The notes beneath the pieces are model-generated. The model did no database searches. It worked only from the letters and a program-made list of their open reading frames with translations, and had not been told where the DNA came from. A program made the translations under genes and the position numbers. A stretch of DNA of 64,000 nucleotides from assembly GCA_025055435.1 (NCBI GenBank), contig JANWWN010000012.1, forward strand, positions 212 through 64,211, given 5' to 3'. Origin of the DNA: Cyclobacteriaceae bacterium. Its GTDB lineage: Bacteria > Bacteroidota > Bacteroidia > Cytophagales > Cyclobacteriaceae. Numbering within the stretch: position 1 is the first letter of the stretch; every line of letters starts with the position of its first letter. Shown here piece after piece: positions 24,714 through 34,618 of the stretch.

Positions 24714-27533
24714 ATGAAGAAAGCAGTTGCTTTATTATTCGTGGTTTGTTGTTCAACCGCTTTACTCTATGCACAGGACCCGTGGGGCGAACTGGGTAAA
24801 TCCATAGTCCGTTCGCTGGGCAAGCAGGGTGCGGAGAAAAAGCAGAACATGGATTCGCTGGACTACCAGTTTGCCATCTCGGTAAATGAAAATGCCGGCT
24901 TCTTTGATATCGAACAAAAAGGCGAAACCGGAACGCGTATTATGTATGCCTTACGTGAAGAAGCCGATAAGACACTTGTTGAAAAGATGCGCGACAGCCT
25001 TGAAACAGGTATCGGTTATTATGAGATGCGGATGTATCGCGCTGCCGAGGATGCATTGGTGCGCACCAAAAACTCGCTGGAGCGCAAAAACCTTACCGAT
25101 GAACTGATTTATCTGCGCACACTAACCGCCCTGGGCCTGGTGTACCTCAGTCAGGGTAAGCTGGCCGATGCTGCTGAATTAATTAACACTGCGCTAACAA
25201 CAAGCGCCAACACGCTGGGCATTCAAAGCGCTCCGTATGTGGCTAACCTGAACAACCTGGCCAAACTTAACCAGACACTGGGCAAGTTTAACGAAGCGGA
25301 AAAACAATTTGATGAGGCGCTGGCGCTGAATGAAAAAGTCTTTGGCGATGGTATGCAAAAGGCCATTTTGCTGAACAATAAAGCCATGCTTTATCAGTCC
25401 ATGGGACGCTACGAAGAAGCTGTTAACCTGATGAATCAGGCATTGAAATCAGCCGAGATAGCTCCCAAAAAAATGTTTCAGGGAAAAAAATCCTTCGATA
25501 ACCGGAAATTTCAGGCTAATCTCGCATTTATTTACCAGGTATCAGGAAATTATACCGATGCAGAGAATAATTTTCTTGCAATAAAAAAGGTCTTTGAGAA
25601 CAGAGGTCAGACGCGCAGCACAGAATACGCCGGCTTGCTCAATCAACTGGGCATACTGTATATCCAGATGGGTAAGATGGATAAAGTGGAAGAACTGTTT
25701 AAAAAGTCGCTGGATATTTACAAGAGACGCTTTACCGAAAACAACATCTACTTTGCCAAAGTAACCAACGACCTGGGTAACTTTTATCGCCTGAGCGGCC
25801 GCTATACCGATGCCGAACGCGAGATCAATAAAGCCTTATCCATTCGTGAAAATCTGCTGGGTACCAGCCACCCCGACTACATCAACTCGAAAGAAAACCT
25901 GGCGCTGGTATATTGGAAAACCGAACGCCTCGACAAAGCCTACATGGCCTACCGTGATGTGATGGATAAAACCATTGACTTTATCAACAGTTATTTCCCA
26001 CCGATGAGCGAGGCTGAAAAAACCAGTTACTGGGATATTACTGCACCGCGCTTCCAGCGCTTCTTCAGCTTCGCTATCGAAGCCTACCCGCAGTTACCGC
26101 ACGTGGCTCAGGATTTCTTCGATTATCAGATGGCAACCAAGGCGCTGCTGCTAAACTCCACCAGTAAGGTTAAAGAGGCCATTTTAAATAGCAATGACCA
26201 ACAGCTTATACGCGACTATACCGAATGGATTGGCCTGAAAGAAGAACTGGCGCGGATGTACTCCATGACAAAGGAACAATTGAAAGAGCAGAAAATTGAT
26301 TTGGCCGCATTGGAGCGCAAGGCCAATGCCATGGAAAAATCGCTTTCCGAGCGCTCAACTTTGTTTTCATCCGGCTACAGTACGCAAAAGGTGAGCTTTA
26401 CCCAGATACGTGACCTGCTGACCGACACGGAAGTGGTGGTGGATATGGTACGCGTTCGCGGTTTTAACCAGGACTTTACGCCCGACAGCCGGTATGTGGC
26501 GCTCATACTGACCAAAGGAATGGAATTACCCAAACTTGTTGTGCTGGAAAATGGTAATCAGCTTGAAACGCGCTATCTGAAATACTACAACACCGTGATG
26601 CAGAAGATGCTTCCGGATGAATATACCTACGATCAGTTCTGGGCACGACTCGATGCCGAAGTGGCCGGTAAAAAGGTAATCTACTTTTCGCCCGATGGCG
26701 TGTACAATCAGATTAACCTGAACACGTTGCGCAAACCCGGAGGTGATTACCTGCTGAATCGCTACGATATCATCATTGCCGGTAATACCCGCGACCTCAT
26801 AGGGTGGAAGCAGCGAAAGGCCGGTACTGCCAGTCGGCGGGACGCGGTCTTGCTTGGATTCCCGGATTATCAGACGGATGAAGTTCCACCCCTTCCGGGC
26901 ACTAAGGTTGAATTGGAAACTGTAAGCAAAGTGCTAAAGCCTTCAGGATATCAGGTTACACAATACATGGCTGCCGAAGCCAGCGAAAAAAATCTGAAGT
27001 CGGTTAAAGGACCTTTCATTTTGCATATTGCAACGCACGGTTACTTCCTGAAAGATGTGGATGAATCGGAGGGGTCGGTGTTTGGTGTAAACGCTGAAAA
27101 TGCTACACACAATCCGCTATTGCGGTCAGGTTTGATACTGGCCGGAGCAGGCAAAGCCATATCCGGAGCGGCATCGGCCGATATGTCGAGTAACGACAAC
27201 GGTATCCTTACGGCCTATGAAGCAATGAATATGAACCTGGAGGGTACGGCCCTGGTGGTACTAAGCGCCTGCGAAACCGGCCTGGGCGATGTGAAAGCGG
27301 GCGAAGGTGTGTATGGTTTACAACGCGCCTTTCTGGTTGCCGGTGCCGATGCGCTGGTGATGAGCTTGTGGAAAGTGGACGATGCGGCAACACAGCAGCT
27401 GATGAGCAGCTTCTATACCAACCTGATTAAACTGGGCAACCGCCAACGCGCGTTTAAACAGGCCCAACTCCAGCTGATGACCAAATATAAAGAGCCTTAC
27501 TACTGGGGTGCCTTTGTGATGATGGGTATGTAA
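24714..27533 (+). CDS. secreted TPR-repeat CHAT-domain (caspase-like) protease
   Basis: 939 aa. Signal peptide MKKAVALLFVVCCSTALLYAQ. About 8 TPR units (NNLAKLNQTLGKFNEAEKQFDEAL, NNKAMLYQSMGRYEEAVNLMNQAL, ...). C-terminal CHAT domain with His in FILHIATHGYF and Cys in LVVLSACETG. Ends in YYWGAFVMMG. Confidence 0.88.
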   Translation: MKKAVALLFVVCCSTALLYAQDPWGELGKSIVRSLGKQGAEKKQNMDSLDYQFAISVNENAGFFDIEQKGETGTRIMYALREEADKTLVEKMRDSLETGIGYYEMRMYRAAEDALVRTKNSLERKNLTDELIYLRTLTALGLVYLSQGKLADAAELINTALTTSANTLGIQSAPYVANLNNLAKLNQTLGKFNEAEKQFDEALALNEKVFGDGMQKAILLNNKAMLYQSMGRYEEAVNLMNQALKSAEIAPKKMFQGKKSFDNRKFQANLAFIYQVSGNYTDAENNFLAIKKVFENRGQTRSTEYAGLLNQLGILYIQMGKMDKVEELFKKSLDIYKRRFTENNIYFAKVTNDLGNFYRLSGRYTDAEREINKALSIRENLLGTSHPDYINSKENLALVYWKTERLDKAYMAYRDVMDKTIDFINSYFPPMSEAEKTSYWDITAPRFQRFFSFAIEAYPQLPHVAQDFFDYQMATKALLLNSTSKVKEAILNSNDQQLIRDYTEWIGLKEELARMYSMTKEQLKEQKIDLAALERKANAMEKSLSERSTLFSSGYSTQKVSFTQIRDLLTDTEVVVDMVRVRGFNQDFTPDSRYVALILTKGMELPKLVVLENGNQLETRYLKYYNTVMQKMLPDEYTYDQFWARLDAEVAGKKVIYFSPDGVYNQINLNTLRKPGGDYLLNRYDIIIAGNTRDLIGWKQRKAGTASRRDAVLLGFPDYQTDEVPPLPGTKVELETVSKVLKPSGYQVTQYMAAEASEKNLKSVKGPFILHIATHGYFLKDVDESEGSVFGVNAENATHNPLLRSGLILAGAGKAISGAASADMSSNDNGILTAYEAMNMNLEGTALVVLSACETGLGDVKAGEGVYGLQRAFLVAGADALVMSLWKVDDAATQQLMSSFYTNLIKLGNRQRAFKQAQLQLMTKYKEPYYWGAFVMMGM

Positions 27534-27557
27534 ACCAGAGCGGGCTCTTCAACTTTG

Positions 27558-29246
27558 TTACATGCCTATAAAAGTAGCTTTATTCACCCCGCAACGCAAC
27601 ATGGATGCGCCGAAGTAGGGATTTTTAATTTCTTCAAACTCGCTTAACCAGTAAGCACCTGCATCATCAAATGCCATCGGGCAGTAAGCCTTCCATATTT
27701 TACCTTTGCCCGCTCCGAATTGCTCAACGGCCTCAATGAGTGCGTCCGATAGCGCATTAAAGGTTTTGCGCTGTTCATCTAATTTTTCTGATGACCTAAT
27801 CCTGCCTGCAAAGGAAAAGGCATTATTTTTCAGATTACTCCACTGATGTTGCTTTTCCTTTTCTGCAAAAGTATAGTCGGCCCGCTGGATGGCTTTACTT
27901 AGTTCCACTGCAGCCTCGGCAGCCTTTTTCGTATCTGAGGCCACCAATGCATTTTTCACTGAAAAATAGGCATTAAGAATACCCGAAAATTGTTCACGGA
28001 ATTTCAAGGATGTGTGCGGTGCCGACTGTTCAGGCCGGTTCATCATGCTAAAGTTTCCGCTGAGTTGCGCGGAAGCATCAATGGCAAACGCGCCATCCTG
28101 CACTACTTCTTCGCCTTCTTCCAGTCCGTTTTCTACAATATACAGATTGTTCACCTTATTACCGAGCGTTACTTCGCGCATTTCGAATGTGGGTTTACTG
28201 ACGTCATGCTTTACATACACCACAGAGCGTTTGCCTGTCCATAGTACCGATGATGCCGGGATGACCAGGGCATTTGTCCGGCCGGAGAGATTTATCCTTA
28301 CGGTTGCATTAACCAGCATTTCGGGTTTTAATAGCATTCCGTCATTATTTACTTCAGCTCTAACCTGTGCGGTTCGGGTTTGTTCATTTATTACCGGGCT
28401 GATTTGCGTTACCGAGGCTGTAAACTTACGATCAGGCAGGGCAGGTGTGGTGAAGCTTAGCGTGGTACCACGTTGCAATAAGGGCAGGTCGGTTTCATAG
28501 GCATCAAGAACAACCCACAGGGTATTGAGTGAGGTAACTTCAATCAAAGTACTGCCGGTAGTTACATAATCGCCTGCATTTACGGGGCGCCGGGTTAACA
28601 CACCAGACACATCGGCAAAAAGCTCTACTGTTTCGATTGGCTTACCCGATGCTTCGATGGCATCAATCTGGCGATCGCTTATTCTCCACAGCCGCAGCTT
28701 TTCCCGTGCAGCCTGATACAGTTCGGGCGCGTTGCTTAAAAGTTTGCGGGCTTCCAGTAATTCACGCTGAGCCGTAATCAGGTCAGGAGAATAGATCAAA
28801 GCAAGGCGGTCTCCGGCCTGTACGGTTTGTCCCTCTGCCTGAATAAAAAGCCGTTCGATACGACCGGGAAATTTTGCCGTGATTGCGGTGATGCGCCCGG
28901 GATTGATCTGAACTTTACCGGTCAGGCTGATTTCGCCTGATTCAGATGCACGTCTGACTTTGGTTGTGCGGATACCGGCAGCTACAACATCGGTTTCGGT
29001 CAGGTGATGGATGTACGGATTATCTTCATCTGAAGCCGCAGAAATCGGGATGAGCTCCATGCCGCACAAAGGACATTTTCCCGGTCCGTTTTGCCGTATT
29101 TGCGGATGCATGGAACAGGTGAATTCCTGTGCGACAACACCGGCAGGCTGCCTCACTGGGTGTTCATCCGATTTAAAAAGGAACCAACCGGCTGTTAGGC
29201 CGATAATCAGCACGATGATATGGGTTAAAAAATTTTTCGTCTTCAT
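27558..29246 (-). CDS. efflux RND periplasmic adaptor (CusB/CzcB-like) with N-terminal heavy-metal-binding domain and C-terminal DUF3347-like domain
   Basis: 562 aa. TM anchor. FTCSMHPQIRQNGPGKCPLCGMEL (Cys4 metal-binding module). HlyD-type barrel-sandwich and beta-barrel core. C-terminal helical domain ending in KAYCPMAFDDAGAYWLS...YFGASMLRCG. Confidence 0.88.
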   Translation of the reverse strand: MKTKNFLTHIIVLIIGLTAGWFLFKSDEHPVRQPAGVVAQEFTCSMHPQIRQNGPGKCPLCGMELIPISAASDEDNPYIHHLTETDVVAAGIRTTKVRRASESGEISLTGKVQINPGRITAITAKFPGRIERLFIQAEGQTVQAGDRLALIYSPDLITAQRELLEARKLLSNAPELYQAAREKLRLWRISDRQIDAIEASGKPIETVELFADVSGVLTRRPVNAGDYVTTGSTLIEVTSLNTLWVVLDAYETDLPLLQRGTTLSFTTPALPDRKFTASVTQISPVINEQTRTAQVRAEVNNDGMLLKPEMLVNATVRINLSGRTNALVIPASSVLWTGKRSVVYVKHDVSKPTFEMREVTLGNKVNNLYIVENGLEEGEEVVQDGAFAIDASAQLSGNFSMMNRPEQSAPHTSLKFREQFSGILNAYFSVKNALVASDTKKAAEAAVELSKAIQRADYTFAEKEKQHQWSNLKNNAFSFAGRIRSSEKLDEQRKTFNALSDALIEAVEQFGAGKGKIWKAYCPMAFDDAGAYWLSEFEEIKNPYFGASMLRCGVNKATFIGM

Positions 29247-29255
29247 GTGTGTGGT

Positions 29256-30788
29256 TTAAAAGGATGTTGTACCGGTTATATTTTTAATAGCTGATAGCAA
29301 AATATGCTGGGCAACAAGCGTACTTACCTGTTCTTTTCTGTAATTCAGTAACGCCTGACGTTGCCGCAACAGTTCGTCCATGTTACCATTGCCGGTTTCG
29401 TATGCAGTGGTAAGTAAAGCAAGGATATGTTGTGAAAATTCAATCTGCTGGCCAAGTAATTGCAGGGTACTGAGGTTGTCGCTCCATTCGTTTAATAACC
29501 GTTCCAGTTCGTTTTCAAGTTCAGTTTTTGCAGCAGCCGAGTTAAATTGAGCACTGGTTTTCATTAGCGCAGCTTCGTTTTTCAGTGCCTTATATTTTTT
29601 CTGATATATCGGAACCGATAGGGTGAACATGGGCATGAGCATGTTTTCACCGCCCATGTTCATGTTCATCATCTCATCCAGGCGCGGTCGGAAAATCATG
29701 TACGTCAACCCGATGCCCATCATGGGTCGGGCCATTCGGTCACTCATACGCAGCTGCGCTTCGCGGGCCTGCTCTTCCCACCGGTTCATTTTAATCATCG
29801 GATTCCGGACAATCAGCGAATCACGCATTGCCTCAACAGCTGCAGGAAGAGACGGCTCCGTGAGCGTATCTATAGATTCAATAGGCTGATTTACATCGGT
29901 GTTCAGGAGATTTACAAAACGACTTGAAAGTTGCACGCGCTGGTGGGTAAGCTTAGCCACCTGAGCATCGAGTTCTTTGATTTGTAACCGTATGCGCAGC
30001 ACATCGGCCATGGATCCGGTTGTCGAGGAGCCGGTCATGTTGTTCATGGAGGCGGGAGAAGCCGATTTATTAACGGGAGTGCTCCCCATGGTCATGTTGC
30101 TCATGGCTGGTTGTCCTGCAGGTGAAGAGGATACCTTGTTTTCGGATGGCGAAAAAGGCAATCCTACCATGCTTTGCCCGGTAGTATAACGCACCAGGGC
30201 GATTTGCTCCAAAGTTTTCAGCAGGTTTTGCTCTTCCGCGAGCAACTGCAACTGTTTATCGGTTTCATACAGTTGATACCACAACGTGCGTACTTCATGA
30301 AAGAGGTTGTTCTGTGCTTCAACATAGGCTTCCCATTTCATACGGGCCATAGATGTGGCTTCATCCTGCGCAGCCCGTCGTATTCCGGCCCACGGAAACA
30401 TCTGCATGACCGAGATTTCGGATAGCTGCCGCCCCATGAACCGATCCATATACAATCCATCGGGCGAGACAAACATGTTTACAGATAGCTGCGGATCGGG
30501 CAGGGCACGCGCCTGCGGAATTTTTTCCAAAGCTGCGAGGTATGCATGGTATCGTGCTTTTAACAACGGATTATTTTCTGCGGCCAGTTGAAGATAATCA
30601 TTCAGTGTTTGCGCTGAAGCGTTGAAAAGCGCCACCAGAACAAGGGCTGTAGCCAATCCGGTTATCTTAACCAGGTTTACAACCTCCGCATTGGCAGGAA
30701 TAATCAAAGCGTGTTGGAGCGACTTTTTGAAAATCTGTGGATACCAGGTGATTTTCAGATTAGCTGAGTTGTGCATTTCTTTTTTCAT
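29256..30788 (-). CDS. TolC-family outer-membrane efflux protein
   Basis: Start chosen at ATG 30788, which overlaps the RND pump stop (ATGA). The alpha-helical/beta-barrel repeat pattern has an unusual Met/Ser-rich insertion (SSSPAGQPAMSNMTMGSTPVNKSASPASMNNMTGSS). Confidence 0.85.
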   Translation of the reverse strand: MKKEMHNSANLKITWYPQIFKKSLQHALIIPANAEVVNLVKITGLATALVLVALFNASAQTLNDYLQLAAENNPLLKARYHAYLAALEKIPQARALPDPQLSVNMFVSPDGLYMDRFMGRQLSEISVMQMFPWAGIRRAAQDEATSMARMKWEAYVEAQNNLFHEVRTLWYQLYETDKQLQLLAEEQNLLKTLEQIALVRYTTGQSMVGLPFSPSENKVSSSPAGQPAMSNMTMGSTPVNKSASPASMNNMTGSSTTGSMADVLRIRLQIKELDAQVAKLTHQRVQLSSRFVNLLNTDVNQPIESIDTLTEPSLPAAVEAMRDSLIVRNPMIKMNRWEEQAREAQLRMSDRMARPMMGIGLTYMIFRPRLDEMMNMNMGGENMLMPMFTLSVPIYQKKYKALKNEAALMKTSAQFNSAAAKTELENELERLLNEWSDNLSTLQLLGQQIEFSQHILALLTTAYETGNGNMDELLRQRQALLNYRKEQVSTLVAQHILLSAIKNITGTTSF

Positions 30789-33700
30789 GATTTTGAAATT
30801 TTTCGTTCTTCTTTCCATGCATAAAGAACAGGTACGACAAACAAGGTGATAAGTGCGACACTCATTCCGCCAAAAGCGGGGATGGCCATAGGTATCATGA
30901 TGTCGGAGCCGCGACCGGAGGAAGTAAGCACCGGCAACAATGCAATCAGCGTAGTGGCAGTAGTCATCAGGCAGGGTCTGAGCCGGCGCAAACCGGCTTC
31001 AAGCACGGCTTGTCGTACTGCATCAATGGTTTCGGGCTGTTTACTGCTGAAACGTTGCATCAGGTAGGTGCTCATCACTACACCATCATCGGTTGCAATT
31101 CCAAACAGTGCAATAAAGCCCACCCATACGGCTACACTGAGGTTGTACGGATGTACGTTAAAAAGTTCACGAAGTGAAAGGTCAGTCAGGTTTATGTTTA
31201 AAAACCAGGATTGACCATAAAGCCATAGCATGATAAATCCACCCGCAAGAGCCAGTCCGACAGCAGAAAAAATAAACAAAGTGGTAGTAACCGAGCGGAA
31301 CTGAAAATACAGAACCAGAAAAATGATAATTAGGGAAAGCGGAATAATAAAAGCCAGTCGCTGCGAGGCACGCACCTGATTTTCATAGTTGCCGGAAAAG
31401 GTAAATCGTACCCCGGCCGGAACCACCAACTCTCCGGTTTTTATTTTTTCATTAAGATAACGCCGGGCCTGCTCCACAGCATCTGTTTCAGCCACGCCAT
31501 CTTTCTTCTCTAACATAATGTAACCAACGGGAAAGGAATCTTCTCCGCGTATCATCATCGGACCGGGGCGATAATGAAGTTGGGCAATTTCCTTTAAGGG
31601 AATTTGAGCGCCCGATGGCGTTGCAATAAAAATCTGCGCAATGGCATCCGGATTGTCGCGCCATTCTCGAGCGTAGCGTACCCGTACGTGGTATCGCTCC
31701 CTGCCTTCAACGGTAGTGGTTACCGGCATGCCACCCACTGCTGCTTCGAGGTACTCCTGTACTTCGCTAAGGGTAAGTCCGTACCTGGCCATGCCCTGAC
31801 GGTTCAGTTCAATTTCCAGGTAGGGTCTGCCCAGCGAGCGGTCGGCATAGATGGCTTCCGGTTTTAATGAAGGTACTTCTTTAAGATATTTTTCCAACTC
31901 CCTGCTAAACGCTTCAATGGTGGGCAGATCAGGCCCGAAAACTTTTACACCGAGGGTTGCGCGCAGGCCGGTTTGCAACATTACCAACCGGGTTTCTATG
32001 GGTTGCAGTTTCGGTGCCGAAGTAATACCCGGCAGCCGTGCTGCTTTTACAATTTCGCTCCATATGTCAGCAGGTGTCCGGATGTGGTCGCGCCATTGGC
32101 GAAAGTATTGCCCGTCTTCATCTTCGATGAGATTACCTTGTTTATCACGGATAAAATTTCCTTCCTCATCCGTTTTAAAGCGTTTCTTTCGTCCCTGCTC
32201 ATCGGTTAAGTATTCCGGTTTATAAATGATGATGTTTTCGAACATGGACAGGGGCGCAGGATCGATAGCGGTTTCAGCCCGTCCGGCCTTACCTACAACG
32301 GTTTCAACTTCCGGTATGGCTTTCACCAGCCGATCGAGCTGATGCAGCGTATTTTTGTTAAAGGTCACTCCGGCATGCGGCATGGAGGTGGGCATCAGCA
32401 GGAAAGCACCTTCATCAAGTGAAGGCATAAACTCCTTTCCCATGCCCGGAAAAGCATGGGTTAGTTTATTCCACACGAAAGTGGTTCGTAAGTTCAGTCC
32501 TGCGGCATGGGTACCTCGTGCTACGAAACCAAACAGTCGATCAAAGCCGAACCATATAACCAAACCCAAAAGAACGATGATAACCGGAAGTATTAAAAAC
32601 TTTATTTTGTTGGCGAGGCACCACTGCAAAAGTTTCGGGTAGATGCGGATAAAAAGGTAGAATCCACCCAAAATGAAACCAATGACAAATACGGTAAAAA
32701 TAAAATTACTCAACGAGCTGTGCGAAGCCCCCAGCGGAACCCAATGGCGGCTGAGCAGCCATGCAACACCCGACACAGTAATGAAAATGGTTAAGCGTTC
32801 GTGGTATGGAGAAAATTTTTCAGGATAATGATGTACCAGTAAGTTATTTATTGCTAATAACATCAGTACAACGCCGGCCCAAGGCAGCACGAAAACAAGG
32901 ATAACCAGGCCTGCGGCAAGCAGAATGTAATTCAAGGTTAGTCTGATTTTTCCTTTTCCGATATTCACCGCAAATGTCCATTGAAGAAAGGCCGGCATAA
33001 ACAACAAGGTGAAGAGCAGCGAAGAGAAAAGAGCAAACGTTTTGGTCCAGGCCAGCGGGGTAAACAGTTTTCCTTCTGCTGCTTCGAGGGCGAAGACCGG
33101 CAGAAAGCTAATGATTGTGGTTGATACGGCTGTGATAATGGCTGATGAGACTTCGGCAGCCGACCTAAACACGGTGGTCATCAGTGATTGACCGGCAGGT
33201 GCCTGTCGAAGGTGTTGTAAAAAGTTTTCGCTCAGAATGATGCCCAGGTCAACCATGGTACCGATGGCAATCGCTATTCCCGAGAGGGCAACAATGTTGG
33301 CGTCAACCCGGAAATATTTCATGAATATGAAACACACCAATACGGCAAAGGGTAGCATCGCCGAAATGAGCAGGGAAGTACGCAGGTTATACACCATGAC
33401 AATAATGACGACAATGGTGATGAGCATTTGTGTGGAAAGTGCGTCGTACAACGTGCCAAGTGTTTCCTGAATGAGTTGGGTGCGGTCGTAGAAGGGAACG
33501 ATGATAACTTTTGAGATGGTGCCGTCATCCAGTTTTTTCTGAGGGAGTCCGTGTGAGATTTCTTCTATTTTTTTTCTGACTTCTTTTATTACCTCCATCG
33601 GGTTGCTGCCGAAACGGGCAATAACTACTCCGCCTACTGTTTCTGTTCCGTTTTTGTCAAGAATGCCACGCATCGAACGGTCTGCCGGTCCGGTGGTAAC

Positions 33701-34543
33701 ATGTGCGATATCTTTTATACGTACCGGAACGTTATCAACAACCCGTACTACTGCCTCTTCGATATCGGATATGTTTTTAACATAGCCCAGACCACGGATA
33801 AAATATTCAGCCTGATTAATCTCGAGGGTACCTGCGCTGGACTCGCGGTTGCTGCTGCGTACAGCCTCAAGCACCTCCATCATCGAAATATTCCATGCTT
33901 TTAAGGAAGACGGATTGAGGTCAACCTGATATTCTTTGATGTAGCCTCCGATTGAGGCAACTTCAGCTACGTTAGGTACGCCGGCCAGGGCATATCGTAC
34001 ATAAAAATCCTGAATGCTGCGCAGTTCATGCAAATCCCATCCGGCAGCAGGCCTGCCATGTTCATCGCGGGCTTCCAGTGTGTACCAGAAAACCTGACCG
34101 AGGGCGGTGGCATCCGGTCCCAACCGCGGCTGAACGTTTTGCGGTAACAAGTCAGGTGGCAGTGCACTCAGCTTTTCCAACAACCTTGACCGGGCCCAGT
34201 AAAAATCCACTTCATCATCGAACACCACATAGATGGAAGAGAAGCCATACATAGAGGTACTGCGGATGGTTTTTACACCCGGCATGCCCAGCAGTGATGT
34301 GGTGAGCGGATAAGTAATCTGATTCTCCACATCCTGCGGTGAGCGGCCCATCCACTCCGTAAAAATGATTTGCTGGTTTTCACCGATGTCAGGTATGGCA
34401 TCTACCGGCACCGGATTGCGCGGAAGGAATGGTATGTGCCAGTTGAATGGTGCGGTAATCAGTCCGCCCGTAATGAGTACCAGCAGTACCAGTACCGTAA
34501 TGAGTTTTTGTTTCAGAAAAAATTGAATAATCCGATTAAGCAT
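30785..34543 (-). CDS. CusA/CzcA-family heavy-metal efflux RND permease
   Basis: About 1250 aa with 12 TM segments and two large periplasmic loops. Likely start is MLNRIIQFFLKQKLITVLVLL (34543); the ORF is open to 34582. Confidence 0.92.
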   Translation of the reverse strand: MLNRIIQFFLKQKLITVLVLLVLITGGLITAPFNWHIPFLPRNPVPVDAIPDIGENQQIIFTEWMGRSPQDVENQITYPLTTSLLGMPGVKTIRSTSMYGFSSIYVVFDDEVDFYWARSRLLEKLSALPPDLLPQNVQPRLGPDATALGQVFWYTLEARDEHGRPAAGWDLHELRSIQDFYVRYALAGVPNVAEVASIGGYIKEYQVDLNPSSLKAWNISMMEVLEAVRSSNRESSAGTLEINQAEYFIRGLGYVKNISDIEEAVVRVVDNVPVRIKDIAHVTTGPADRSMRGILDKNGTETVGGVVIARFGSNPMEVIKEVRKKIEEISHGLPQKKLDDGTISKVIIVPFYDRTQLIQETLGTLYDALSTQMLITIVVIIVMVYNLRTSLLISAMLPFAVLVCFIFMKYFRVDANIVALSGIAIAIGTMVDLGIILSENFLQHLRQAPAGQSLMTTVFRSAAEVSSAIITAVSTTIISFLPVFALEAAEGKLFTPLAWTKTFALFSSLLFTLLFMPAFLQWTFAVNIGKGKIRLTLNYILLAAGLVILVFVLPWAGVVLMLLAINNLLVHHYPEKFSPYHERLTIFITVSGVAWLLSRHWVPLGASHSSLSNFIFTVFVIGFILGGFYLFIRIYPKLLQWCLANKIKFLILPVIIVLLGLVIWFGFDRLFGFVARGTHAAGLNLRTTFVWNKLTHAFPGMGKEFMPSLDEGAFLLMPTSMPHAGVTFNKNTLHQLDRLVKAIPEVETVVGKAGRAETAIDPAPLSMFENIIIYKPEYLTDEQGRKKRFKTDEEGNFIRDKQGNLIEDEDGQYFRQWRDHIRTPADIWSEIVKAARLPGITSAPKLQPIETRLVMLQTGLRATLGVKVFGPDLPTIEAFSRELEKYLKEVPSLKPEAIYADRSLGRPYLEIELNRQGMARYGLTLSEVQEYLEAAVGGMPVTTTVEGRERYHVRVRYAREWRDNPDAIAQIFIATPSGAQIPLKEIAQLHYRPGPMMIRGEDSFPVGYIMLEKKDGVAETDAVEQARRYLNEKIKTGELVVPAGVRFTFSGNYENQVRASQRLAFIIPLSLIIIFLVLYFQFRSVTTTLFIFSAVGLALAGGFIMLWLYGQSWFLNINLTDLSLRELFNVHPYNLSVAVWVGFIALFGIATDDGVVMSTYLMQRFSSKQPETIDAVRQAVLEAGLRRLRPCLMTTATTLIALLPVLTSSGRGSDIMIPMAIPAFGGMSVALITLFVVPVLYAWKEERKISKS

Positions 34544-34618
34544 CATGCAGTTCCGTTTTAAGATGGAAGAAAAAGGAAACACAAACTGTCTTTCAGCAGG
34601 AAAGACAGCCGGACTGCA

